The position numbers and the translations under genes are program-made. The notes under the pieces were generated by a model that saw only the letters and a program-made list of their open reading frames with translations, was not told where the DNA came from and ran no database searches. A DNA stretch of 32,000 bases from Paramicrosporidium saccamoebae KSL3 (taxonomy: Eukaryota; Fungi; Cryptomycota): NCBI GenBank assembly GCA_002794465.1, contig MTSL01000150.1, positions 11,086 through 43,085 of the forward strand, read 5' to 3'. Positions 1 through 9,615 of the stretch are shown here, in pieces. The first letter of the stretch is position 1. Each line of letters begins with the position of its first letter.

Positions 1-987
1 CTCCCAACCACATCTGGACACGAATGTCCCGAAATTATGCTCCGAGCTGCCCACTTGTTGCGTACAACAATGGGGGATTTCACAATGGGATTAGTAACGG
101 GACTGACATTGCTACTTTACGGTAATTCACTACTGGTTAGGCATCTTCGAGACTGGGCCAGCATCCACTCTGACGAAGCACACCGCAAAACTGCATTTGA
201 ATATCTGATAGTGTACTTTTCTAAATTCACCTTCAAGAATGATTATGAAGCAGCCATGTTCCGATTCGAGCTGGGTCTGGAGGCCATATCTCGAAAAGTA
301 ATGGCCGCCCGTCAATATATGGAGCAATTGTTAACCGTTTACTCTCCCCATCAAATTTCGCCCTACCAAGCAAGCCAGGTGCTTGGCTTGCTGGGACAGA
401 GCAGTATGGACACTAAGGGGGCTTGGCATTCCGATTGGCATGGATTGCCGTCAAACCATCCGGCATGGCCACGCCATTTTGTTCCAATCAAAGAACAACA
501 TTTGGCTTGGCGACTACAACACGTCACATTGCCGCCTGCCTCTCAGCTCATCCGCACCATCAATCCAGACGGTTTGAGGCGCCTACTCGTCCCAAAAAAG
601 CTCTACACCCACGGCAGTATTTACATTGATGACGCCCTATTCAACCTAGTGCAGCTGATGAGGGATGAAGAGTTGCGAATCCGAACCACAACTGTGCAAG
701 ACGTCTCCGCTGTGTATAATATAGTGGCCGCCGAGGGAACCCTCCGGTTTGCTTGTTTGGCAGCTACGCTTGAGGAAATTACATTGTATCTGAAAATCCG
801 TCTTGCCTTGCACGCATTGCTCGCCCATCCATTGCCGTCCCTGACATTGGAGCTGTTCAAGACGCGCATTAATCCACGCAGTCTCTGTCTCAATCCCCCC
901 GTCCCTGAGGTATTCTCTGCTCTCGTACAAGGACTGCGTCGGATTATTTGCAAATGGCGCTTGTCCAAGTCTTTAATTCTGCGTTGA
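1..987 (+). CDS. Hypothetical protein, 5'-truncated by the window edge
   Basis: Frame 1 is open from base 1 (LPTTSGHECPEIM...) to TGA at 985-987, over 320 codons. No recognisable motif. Confidence 0.7.
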   Translation, partial: LPTTSGHECPEIMLRAAHLLRTTMGDFTMGLVTGLTLLLYGNSLLVRHLRDWASIHSDEAHRKTAFEYLIVYFSKFTFKNDYEAAMFRFELGLEAISRKVMAARQYMEQLLTVYSPHQISPYQASQVLGLLGQSSMDTKGAWHSDWHGLPSNHPAWPRHFVPIKEQHLAWRLQHVTLPPASQLIRTINPDGLRRLLVPKKLYTHGSIYIDDALFNLVQLMRDEELRIRTTTVQDVSAVYNIVAAEGTLRFACLAATLEEITLYLKIRLALHALLAHPLPSLTLELFKTRINPRSLCLNPPVPEVFSALVQGLRRIICKWRLSKSLILR

Positions 988-1228
988 TCGGGTTTACGAT
1001 TATGCAGGTGCCAATTTCGTGACTCGCTAGTCTGACAATTAGCTCTAATAGAATTTATTTGCGCACTAATGTGAGGGATGGATTAGTTGGGTACTTGAGA
1101 ACAATTTCCCAGTTTAGAGAAAGACAGTGGGATTAGTATCTTTACCATGTGGGGATTACTACTACGTCGCTTGTGACCATGGACGGGCTTAACATTGATA
1201 ATAGTTTCCTCACTGTGCGGCAAACTGA

Positions 1229-2812
1229 CTACCGGATACATTTTCCCAGCTCTTGAGCATTAGTAAAGTATAATTTCAGGTTGGAAGAATCCAAACCTGC
1301 CAACGTCAAAACTGCCTGTTTAGCATGCAGACCTACTCGTACATGGTATTCACGTTCGATAGATCGACGGTCGGGGGGATTCGAAAACCACAACGCTGCA
1401 ATTTGCTCGCTGATGGCGTCGTCCCATCGACCCGTGAGGGTAAAGATGTAGAGAACGGCGTTGTAGATGGCTCGAGTAATCGTGGTGGATTTGGTCGAGA
1501 CAAAACGACCATAGTTGGAGGTATGATGCTGCATGATCGAATGCTGTTTCATTACTGCCAAAAACCATTCGCAAAGGGAGAGAGAGTCATGAATGACAGT
1601 CCTGATTGTTTCCGTCTCTTTTCCATCCTCTTCGCCCATCTCCAAACTGGCTATCATGGGGCTAGCAAAGACTCTTGGAAAGTTTTTCAGGTCGTTGCCC
1701 CACAAAAATTTGTACACGCTGGCAAAATCCACAATACCGCCTTTAAAATCTAACGGCTCCTCTTTGGGCAGCAATGCCAATTGTTGCCATCGCAGAAAAC
1801 GAACGGCCAATGGCGCTGATGGCAGACGATCGCTTGGATACAGTCGCAGCATCTTGCGGAATGTCGCCTCCCACAGCGACCGGTTGAGACATTCGCAATG
1901 GTCAAAATTAAACTCTGTATCAGTCAACAATAGCTTGAACGGATAGGGCGCCATGTCTGTGCCGCATTTGGAAAGCAGAAAACACATGGACTCGCATTGA
2001 GCCGCATTGTTTACTTCGGACTGCATGACTCCATATTTGACAGCTTTGTCCAAGGCAACTCGGATGACCCTCACCGTGTTCACCAGCCAAGCCGACCTCT
2101 CAGTGGCGTTGGCCACATTGGACGTCATTTCTACGACAGCCTCCAAAGTTTCAATGTGCTTTACTTTGTTGCTCAAATACCCTTTGAATACGGAATATAT
2201 GGGCGTTTGAACGTTCATGATTAAAGACTGGGCGCGCTGTTGGTGAATCCACATCACAGAACGTACCCAGCGTTGCCACACTTGCAAGAACAGCAGCGGC
2301 TCTATGGATGTCTCTAGTTTGCTGAGCAGATAATCGTCGAACGACGGGGCCACAAAGGTGGAGGAGATGGCCTTCCAGGCGTCGTCGGCAACATTCCACG
2401 GATCAGAATGAGGCAGACCCCTAGTGAACAAACGGTGTTGATGGCGTTGCACTGAGGCTAATAAAACCTGCACGTCGCCTGTAAAGGCCCAAATCATAAA
2501 ATCGCCTGTGGGAGGGACACTGGGTAGGAGTCTAGCGTCTAGAAACGCCGAATGCAGCTCAGGATAGGGCTGGACCGCTTCTGCGATCAAAGCCTCCCAC
2601 TCTTCATCGCCATCCCACGTAATATCTATGAGCTGTGCGGGGGAGAGGAGCTGCGACAGTAAAGTCAGCCCTTCCCGGTTCATGGAGACCGAGTCGACAA
2701 TAGTAGCGAGCACACGGTTGGGTATATCCCATAGAAACGCTTCTGGAAAATCCTCAAGCACAATACAATGAGCTAACAGCCCAATAGACAACAATACCAA
2801 CAGCCGAATCAT
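1229..2812 (-). CDS. Putative secreted protein, family A copy 1 (527 aa)
   Basis: The ORF-track start at 2863 is TTG. The first ATG at 2812 gives a signal-peptide-like MIRLLVLLSIGLLAHC. Collinear motifs are shared with 3097..4704: PWNVADDAWK/PWLLAEDAWR, SAWLVNT/SAWLLDT, RFLRWQQL/RYVRWQAL, TRAIYNAVLYIFTLTGRW/TRAVFNAVRYQFALTGKW. Confidence 0.85.
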   Translation of the reverse strand: MIRLLVLLSIGLLAHCIVLEDFPEAFLWDIPNRVLATIVDSVSMNREGLTLLSQLLSPAQLIDITWDGDEEWEALIAEAVQPYPELHSAFLDARLLPSVPPTGDFMIWAFTGDVQVLLASVQRHQHRLFTRGLPHSDPWNVADDAWKAISSTFVAPSFDDYLLSKLETSIEPLLFLQVWQRWVRSVMWIHQQRAQSLIMNVQTPIYSVFKGYLSNKVKHIETLEAVVEMTSNVANATERSAWLVNTVRVIRVALDKAVKYGVMQSEVNNAAQCESMCFLLSKCGTDMAPYPFKLLLTDTEFNFDHCECLNRSLWEATFRKMLRLYPSDRLPSAPLAVRFLRWQQLALLPKEEPLDFKGGIVDFASVYKFLWGNDLKNFPRVFASPMIASLEMGEEDGKETETIRTVIHDSLSLCEWFLAVMKQHSIMQHHTSNYGRFVSTKSTTITRAIYNAVLYIFTLTGRWDDAISEQIAALWFSNPPDRRSIEREYHVRVGLHAKQAVLTLAGLDSSNLKLYFTNAQELGKCIR

Positions 2813-3096
2813 TTTGCAAGGGTGACCAGGGAATCGATACTCGGATAACAAGACTCTAAGCAAACCCTTGAACGATCAGAGTATATGGGTGAGTGTCTTG
2901 GACACTGTGAATCTCCTGGGCGTTTTAAAAGATGCAGATATTTGTGAGGTTAGGATTAAAGGCCCCTTTATTGGTATCCTTGGCCCATAGTTATGCTATT
3001 TCACAGTATTACAAATCTTTAAATGTTACAAACATACTAATACCTAACAGACTGTATACACCTTTGCACTACTCGCATGTACATAATGTTGTATTC

Positions 3097-4704
3097 TCAC
3101 TCTGATCTAAAGACGGGGTCGGTGAGATGAAAATGTTGTGTGAATATTTGATATTCCACCGACATCCAACTCGTAATCATCTCCTCCGCATCGACCAGTA
3201 GCTCATCATAGGCCGTTCTCACTTGATCTGGCTTGGCAAAGTCGAGACGAGCGTGGGGCCACCATAGATGCATGATATTTGGATTCACCAGAGAATTCCA
3301 TTTTCCGGTGAGGGCAAATTGGTATCGGACGGCGTTGAAGACGGCCCTGGTGTGCATTGAAGACACGAGAAGATGTTCCTTTAGTGCATGGCTATACAGA
3401 CAGAAGCCTTCACGGACGACCTGCAGATACCAAGTGCACATTTCCAGTAGGGTCCGCACCATATGCGTCTTTCCCAGATAGACTAGCGTCACCGGATCGG
3501 GAAGGGTGAGAGAATGTTTAAACAATCCCTCCCCCATGGTCGCAGCAACTTCAGTGACGGTCAGGAGGAAGGGGAGGCGTTTGACAGAACTGAACAGTAC
3601 ATAAAGAGCCTGCCACCGGACATACCGTGTCTCATATGGCTCATACGGCAGCACTTCTCCTGGATAATACCTCATCAGAGCGTAAAACATGGCCTTCCAT
3701 TGATGTGGATGCTGCTGATTGGGCGACCACAGGATATACGGGGAGTTTAACAGAGCCAAAAAGTTCATGGGAGCAAAGTCATTCGGATCCATCTGTTCCA
3801 AGATAATTGCCAGAATGGCAAGTTGTTCAGATTTAGACAGTTTGGGTAGCAAGACCAGAAAAGTATCCAGAAGCCACGCCGATGCCTCCTTTTTTTCCAA
3901 TTCTGCAACCATTCCGATGATCTGATAAATAACCTCTATGGCAGTTGCTTGATCGTGGAGGTAGGCATCCAGAAGGAGTACGGTTGCATCATCAGTCACG
4001 CCAACAACAGCTGTGGACAGACTATTTAATTTTCGTTGCCATTGTCGCACATATAGTAATTGTTGTTCCATCCCATTGCTCCGGATGTATCTTTGGTGTA
4101 AATACTCGTCATAAATGGGACGATTAAGATTGACTGGAAAGAAACGCCAGGCATCCTCGGCCAACAACCATGGTCTGGGAACGTCAGCAAGCAAATCGGC
4201 ATGGCGATGGATCCTCATGTTTTCGAGCCGCTCCACATCACTGAACTTGGAGAAGTCAGAACCTTCCACCCACAAGATCCCACGGAAACCCGTAGTGGGC
4301 ACCAGGCCCATGTACTGTTCATTGAGCATCTGCGAGTTTAGTAGAATGTGCAGCGTGGGACGGGAGGAGATGGCAGTAATCAAAGGCCTACTCCATGGAG
4401 TGGTCCACAGCGGTTGGTTAAGAAAGTGGGGCAGACCAAACAGTACTCCCACCAGCTCCACCGCGCGTATATAATTAAAGTTGACACATTCCAGCATCCG
4501 GTACATTTTTTCATAGCTCGTGTCCCACAGAATCGTATTCAATTTTTCTCTAATAATCACTGCCCTTATAGTGAGAAACAGAGCGAAACATGCAATTTTG
4601 ACGATCCACGAGACTCTGGTAGACCATGGAAATTTAGCGAAACACGGAAATTCAGCGAAAAACGAAAATTTAGCGAAACACGAAAATTTAGCGAAAAAGT
4701 TCAT
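3097..4704 (-). CDS. Putative secreted or membrane-anchored protein, family A copy 2, with a repeat-encoded N-terminal extension
   Basis: 4728 is TTG; the first ATG is at 4704. Tandem paralog of 1229..2812 by the motifs above. The hydrophobic segment IVKIACFALFLTIRA follows four FAK/EFxx hexapeptides. Confidence 0.85.
   Translation of the reverse strand: MNFFAKFSCFAKFSFFAEFPCFAKFPWSTRVSWIVKIACFALFLTIRAVIIREKLNTILWDTSYEKMYRMLECVNFNYIRAVELVGVLFGLPHFLNQPLWTTPWSRPLITAISSRPTLHILLNSQMLNEQYMGLVPTTGFRGILWVEGSDFSKFSDVERLENMRIHRHADLLADVPRPWLLAEDAWRFFPVNLNRPIYDEYLHQRYIRSNGMEQQLLYVRQWQRKLNSLSTAVVGVTDDATVLLLDAYLHDQATAIEVIYQIIGMVAELEKKEASAWLLDTFLVLLPKLSKSEQLAILAIILEQMDPNDFAPMNFLALLNSPYILWSPNQQHPHQWKAMFYALMRYYPGEVLPYEPYETRYVRWQALYVLFSSVKRLPFLLTVTEVAATMGEGLFKHSLTLPDPVTLVYLGKTHMVRTLLEMCTWYLQVVREGFCLYSHALKEHLLVSSMHTRAVFNAVRYQFALTGKWNSLVNPNIMHLWWPHARLDFAKPDQVRTAYDELLVDAEEMITSWMSVEYQIFTQHFHLTDPVFRSE
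4625..4696. repeat. 18-bp tandem repeat x4, in frame in the 3097..4704 gene
   Basis: catggaaatttagcgaaa / cacggaaattcagcgaaa / aacgaaaatttagcgaaa / cacgaaaatttagcgaaa. Confidence 0.95.
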
Positions 4705-4857
4705 CTCCGACGCCCCTGCCGGTGGCAATTACAACAATATCCGTTAAAACCAAAATGTTTCTTTTGGGATATAGAGGATACTGAAACAATTCATTGCTCA
4801 TGCTTTTCCCATACAAACTTGATCAAAATACCACACTGATTGTATTTATTCTCATCC

Positions 4858-5923
4858 TTAGCGTGGAGTCTGCAGGAAGGGATTAGGAGTCTGTGCTGCC
4901 GACGGCAAGGACATTCTCTTACTATTGGAAAAATTGAACGATGGTGCTGGTGGCGCCGGCGGGGGTTTCACTGCCGTAGTAAATAATGATGGTGGGTTTG
5001 GTAGCATCTGAGCTCCCGTGTCCCTATTTGTAGCCATACCGTTATTGACTAATCCCCCCGCTCCACTATTCCCACTTGCACCGCTAATCCCACTCACCCC
5101 GCTCATACCGTCTTCCTTTAGTTTGACAGTTCGAGGGGCAAATGGATCGCGAGTATCACCACGATATTTTGTCAAAAAGGTCCGATAGACTGATTTAAGT
5201 CGATCCAAATCTTCTTCCAAAAGGGCCACTCGTCCAGCCAGTGCCAAGAACAGGTCGTGTTGATGACGCAATGAACTCCGTAACATGTCCACACTGAATC
5301 GATTGCTCTGATTCAGCTGCTCTAATTGACGCGACAATGTCTACTAATCAACAAACCAATTAGCAGTTTACCTCGGCTGCATCCACCAATTCAACGACCT
5401 GTGTTTCTAGACGAGAAATCATTTCCTCCAGCAAACTCAAATCGGAAGGCGTTATAACGGGTACCCATTTCATATGGCCGTCCGGTCCCGTTTGTCGCGA
5501 TGAAATAACCATTCGTGCTACTTCCTCGCCGTATCGCCAGAAACGGTTCAATACGCGTTTTGCAGCATCCACATGCCCGCGACACGTCTCGTTGGCGCCC
5601 TCACAGACTGCCACACGGTCCGCAAATCCCGCCACCTCCCGTGCCAGTCCCGCCGTATCCGTATACGGCTGACTCGCCAATGCAACACTTTGGTCATGCG
5701 CCAACCGGAGCGTCCGTTCTACCGTCTCCAAATTGGCGCGTAAATCTGCCGGTAGGTCTGTAAATTTTGTTTCCTTTGGAAACGGCATGCCTGTCACTGG
5801 TTGGGCGATTGTCGGTAGACTCATTCCCACCTGCTGGCCAAACATTCCCGAATACTGTTGCTGAGGCTGGGTCGCTCCAAAAAGCGAATTTGTTGGAGGC
5901 TGCTGTGGTGCAAAGTTGAACAT
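4858..5923 (-). CDS. NUP58: Nucleoporin Nup58/Nup49-like, join(5372..5923, 4858..5340), 344 aa
   Basis: Short FG-containing N-terminus (SLFG, GMFG), a KFTDLP motif, coiled-coil segments, and FLALAGRVALLEEDLDRLKSVYRTFLTKYRGDTRDPF resembling the Nup49/Nup58 C-terminal coil. Two ORF-track fragments are joined in frame by a 31-nt intron. Confidence 0.75.
5341..5371 (-). other. Spliceosomal intron, 31 nt
   Basis: GTAAAC...GATTAGTAG. Removing it joins ...DAAE to TLSRQLEQ in frame; it contains an in-frame TAA. Confidence 0.85.
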
Positions 5924-6112
5924 TTCAATGGTACTTTTTTAACAAATTCAATTACTGGGGCTTGGTATTTTTTACATTTAACGGAAAATCGATTACTGAG
6001 ATTCGAGAAATCCCTTATTAAACTATAAATCAATTACCAGTCATTATTCGGATTATCTGACATTACCGGTATTTCTTCCCCTCATCCCGCCCCGCCCGAT
6101 TCTTAACATATA
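5924..6112. promoter_or_regulatory. Short bidirectional promoter region between the Nup58-like gene and RFC3
   Basis: 189 bp between divergent ATGs, with an AT-rich part and a GC-box-like cccgccccgccc about 15-25 bp upstream of the RFC3 ATG. Confidence 0.5.
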
Positions 6113-7177
6113 ATGGACAAGGGAAAGGAACGTGTCCCTATGGATATTGACGGCCCAACAGGGAATATGCCATGGGTGGAAAAATACCGTCCCACTGCAT
6201 TGGACCAGGTTGTCCATCATGTAGACATTATCAATACTCGTAGCCCATTCAATTGTTGACTGATTGTAGTGCGGAAATTCCTGAAAGAGGGTCGGTTGCC
6301 GCATCTTCTCTTCTACGGTCCGCCTGGCACTGGAAAGACGAGCACCGCCCTCGCCCTTGCAAACGACGTCTTTGGGCCAATGCGGGGCGGAATGGTTCTG
6401 GAACTGAATGCCAGCGACGAACGAGGCATTGCCGTGGTCCGTGAACAGATAAAAACCTTTGCAGCCACCAAATCCCTCTCCTCCGTCGGGGTGGGTGGTC
6501 CAGCATTCAAACTGATTGTATTGGACGAATGCGATGCAATGACTAATGCCGCCCAGAGTGCTTTACGGCGGGTCATGGAAAAGTACGTCCGAAATGTGCG
6601 GTTTGTACTCGTCTGCAATTATGTTGGTCAGATTATCCCCGCCCTGCAGTCTCGATGCACCCGTTTCCGCTTCTCGCCCCTCCCCATCGATGCCCTGAAA
6701 AGCCGTTTAGAGTTGGCAGGCCGGAATGAGGGTCTGACCATTGAGGAGACTGCCAAGAATGCCATCATCCGATTGGCCGGAGGCGATATGCGTCGTATTC
6801 TCAACGTCCTTCAAGCTGCCGCTGCCTCGGCTGACAATGTCATTACCGAAGATTGCGTCTATGCAGTAACAGCGGCTCCCCATCCGGCCGATTTGGACCG
6901 CATCTTCAAAACTCTACTGGACCAAACAGATTATGCTGCTGCCCTTGCCCTCCTTCGGCAATTACAACTTTCCAAAGGATTGGCGTTGGTGGACATTGTG
7001 CAAGCCATGTTCGACCGCCTCTCTCAAATTGCCATTCCCGACGAAATGCGTCTTTTTGCGACAAAACAATTGGCTGAGATTGAGTATCATCTTGCACGTG
7101 GTGCTACTGATTCCGTGCAGCTCCCTGCCGTAGTGGGAACCTTTTTTGTTGCCCGTACCTTCCTCAAAGCCCAATGA
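6113..7177 (+). CDS. RFC3: Replication factor C small subunit (yeast Rfc3 / human RFC5), join(6113..6239, 6270..7177)
   Basis: PWVEKYRP, Walker A GPPGTGKT, LELNASDERG, Walker B LIVLDECDAMT, SRC motif (LQSRCTRFRF). The upstream exon is recovered by removing a 30-nt intron. Confidence 0.97.
6240..6269 (+). other. Spliceosomal intron, 30 nt
   Basis: GTAGCC...GACTGATTGTAG. Removal restores IINTL-RKFL; a CTGAT branch-like motif lies near the 3' end. Confidence 0.92.
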
Positions 7178-7274
7178 ACACGGCAAATTCAACCACGGAT
7201 CCTAGTATTACATTGATATATAAACACGTTGGCTCTATTTATGCTTTTGGCCCACTAGTAACTCCATTCGGCTT

Positions 7275-8831
7275 TCATCCGCTAACATCCTCGCCCAATA
7301 TATTATTGACTTTTTGTCCAGCTGTTAATAGCAACCAGAGATGATCAATACTGAATGACGCGAGATGCAGCTTTTGACAATATTTTACAAGTTTCTCGGT
7401 AAATAGCCTGGTACTCCACATCTTTGAACCGCCCTCCTCAACCTCCAAACTCTTTATAAAGTTGCATGAAGATAAATTAGGGGTCTTTTTTAGGATCAGG
7501 GAGAAATCAAGCCGGTAGCCGTGGGCCAACAAATGCGGGATACATGACAAAAGAACCCGCCAACGGGCCAAAAAAGCGTCATTGGCCGGTATGCGTCCTT
7601 CATGGAACAGCCAATCCTCTTTCAAAGCGAGATTTGCATAGATCGTGGCAAGACGGGCCACAGAGACAGACAAACCATCGTCAAACAAAAGCCATGAATT
7701 GCTCACCACCCGTGAGAGAATATGTGACGGTCCAAAGTTGGCAAAGGCATTCTCCAGTGTCATAAACAACTGTTGAAGCGTCATGTCAGACGGCAAAACG
7801 TTTTGAATGCGCAAATATTGCAGCTTTTCGTCCCGCCTCATGTACATCATCCTGCGACGATACCCGGACAGCAGTTGGGAGGATGGAAGCAGTTCATATG
7901 GTATGCATGACACTGGGAGCTTTTCCATGAGCTCTGCAAAGAGTCCCACTTGCATCACTAAAGCGGATCCAGCCCGCTCATACAACTTTATCGCCCGAAA
8001 CGGGTAAATATTTACATTTTGAAGCTGACCCGCAAAGATCTCGCCGATTGATCTGCTTGGCACCGACACAAGTAGCGCCAATTCAAAAAGATCCAACAAT
8101 CTGTCTTTGCTGTATTGGACCGCCAGAGTCCTTAGGGAGCATATCTGTTCCTCGGGATTGTTCCTTTTTACAAGACGCTGCAACTCGACATCATTGACAA
8201 GGACATTTTGCTTAAGCGCGCTCAGCGTCGCCCATGCAATGGAGTCCTCAGAAAGACTGCTGTCCTTCAATTTCAAGTGACAAAGGTATTGGCTGTTATA
8301 TGCTTCTTGTATGAGCGTCATATCAATCAACGGCTGGATAGCGACAGTCAGATCTGCACGCCTTCCATCATCCGGGAATCCGTAGCAATGTTTGAGCCAG
8401 GCAAAAGACTCGATTGTTTCTTTTCGGCCAGCGAGGAATTTGGCCACTGCGACGCACAGTTCCAGGGAATGCACCGCAAACTTTGAATTTGCTACCGGAT
8501 ATTCGGGAACGAATGCCCCATGAAGGAATATGCTCTTCAAAAGTCGGTAATTGCGTCGCATCTTTTTTGCTCCAAAAAAATATTGTCGGTCCTGTTCCTC
8601 TGTGTTCTCCAGCAGCTGTTGTCCACGCAAACGTGACTCACAAATGCCATCATAATACGACTTGAAATCAAAGTCGGGGAAGCGCAGCAACTTTAGAACC
8701 GAACTATTTGGTTCAATTTCAAAACTACTGAAAAGTGTCCTTGGTATCCGTGCACTGCCACTGTACAAATCCCGCGGGGTAGTTGTTACAATAACAGCCA
8801 CTGCGGGACATAGCCAATTCCAAGCCTTCAT
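7275..8831 (-). CDS. Hypothetical protein (518 aa), possible weak signal peptide
   Basis: Long uninterrupted ORF. 8855 is TTG; the first ATG at 8831 gives MKAWNWLCPAVAVIVTT. No family recognised. Confidence 0.8.
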   Translation of the reverse strand: MKAWNWLCPAVAVIVTTTPRDLYSGSARIPRTLFSSFEIEPNSSVLKLLRFPDFDFKSYYDGICESRLRGQQLLENTEEQDRQYFFGAKKMRRNYRLLKSIFLHGAFVPEYPVANSKFAVHSLELCVAVAKFLAGRKETIESFAWLKHCYGFPDDGRRADLTVAIQPLIDMTLIQEAYNSQYLCHLKLKDSSLSEDSIAWATLSALKQNVLVNDVELQRLVKRNNPEEQICSLRTLAVQYSKDRLLDLFELALLVSVPSRSIGEIFAGQLQNVNIYPFRAIKLYERAGSALVMQVGLFAELMEKLPVSCIPYELLPSSQLLSGYRRRMMYMRRDEKLQYLRIQNVLPSDMTLQQLFMTLENAFANFGPSHILSRVVSNSWLLFDDGLSVSVARLATIYANLALKEDWLFHEGRIPANDAFLARWRVLLSCIPHLLAHGYRLDFSLILKKTPNLSSCNFIKSLEVEEGGSKMWSTRLFTEKLVKYCQKLHLASFSIDHLWLLLTAGQKVNNILGEDVSG

Positions 8832-8940
8832 ACTATCGGCAACCTCATTGGCCAATTAGGCCTTTTGGGCTATATTCAGGATCTGTTGATGAAATCTCTA
8901 AATCCGGTAACACAAGCAGCGCAGTACAGTGCAGTGCAGT

Positions 8941-8980
8941 GTAGGAATGTGTATTAATGTGTGGTAATGTGTAGTGATGT
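8941..8980. repeat. 10-bp imperfect tandem repeat x4, preceded by CAGTG-type 5-mers
   Basis: gtaggaatgt gtattaatgt gtggtaatgt gtagtgatgt. Confidence 0.8.
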
Positions 8981-9312
8981 GGAAATCCAAGATTCTAAAT
9001 CCAAAGAGTGGCAAGGACCTTGTCAAGCTTTTCCTATCGCTGACCACCCGCAGCATGCGGAAGGACAAAATGGACCAGGCAGTGGAGACTATGGAACTTG
9101 GGAATAGGGATGCATGCGGGGTGGCCCGAGAGGTACATGAGCCGATCGCGGGACAAATCTCTGGCCAGATTATATTCTACGATGAACAGGTTGAGCACTT
9201 TGACGATATTGTTGGAATGTACGCAATGAAATGGGAAAATGTCTGTCGAAGCTCAAAGGCGGTGCTGTGCGTACGTCACACGGATCCGGCACTTCTCTTT
9301 AAAGTTTTCTAA
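8977..9312 (+). CDS. Possible small hypothetical protein (111 aa)
   Basis: ATG at 8977; the stop TAA overlaps an AATAAA. It fills an otherwise large gap, but no homology is recognised. Confidence 0.35.
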   Translation: MWKSKILNPKSGKDLVKLFLSLTTRSMRKDKMDQAVETMELGNRDACGVAREVHEPIAGQISGQIIFYDEQVEHFDDIVGMYAMKWENVCRSSKAVLCVRHTDPALLFKVF

Positions 9313-9494
9313 TAAATGTTCTCTTGCTAAATGAAAGGATTTCTTGATTAAAATATGTGATGTGAGATAGTAGAACTACGGACCAGAGACTCCAATAAAG
9401 GGTCTGTTGATTGGTAAACTACCTTTTATTAAAGTATATGGCTTCTTTATAGGTAGCCATTTTAATATAACCAGCCTGGACTGTGGAACCGCTG

Positions 9495-9537
9495 CCTGGG
9501 TCGGACTTGCCAACAATAAGTGAATACTGTTTAATAG
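9495..9537 (+). repeat. Dispersed 43-nt element, copy A
   Basis: cctgggtcggacttgccaacaataagtgaatactgtttaatag; 35/43 ungapped identity to 26654..26696. Confidence 0.9.
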
Positions 9538-9615
9538 GGTTGCTTATTTGAACCTCCATAAGAGCCCGAAACAGGTGATATGACAATGGTTGTTTAATGA
9601 ATGCTTGGATGATGA

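Noticed and set aside
4348-4839. Plus-strand 163-aa ORF with KFSETR repeats
   Set aside because: It is the antisense reading of the family A2 gene and its 18-bp repeat; the minus-strand frame has paralog support.
8859-8890. ggccttttgggcta...atctgtt resembles the 5' end of U2 snRNA
   Set aside because: The invariant GTGTAGTA branch-recognition sequence is missing at the required position and no Sm site follows.
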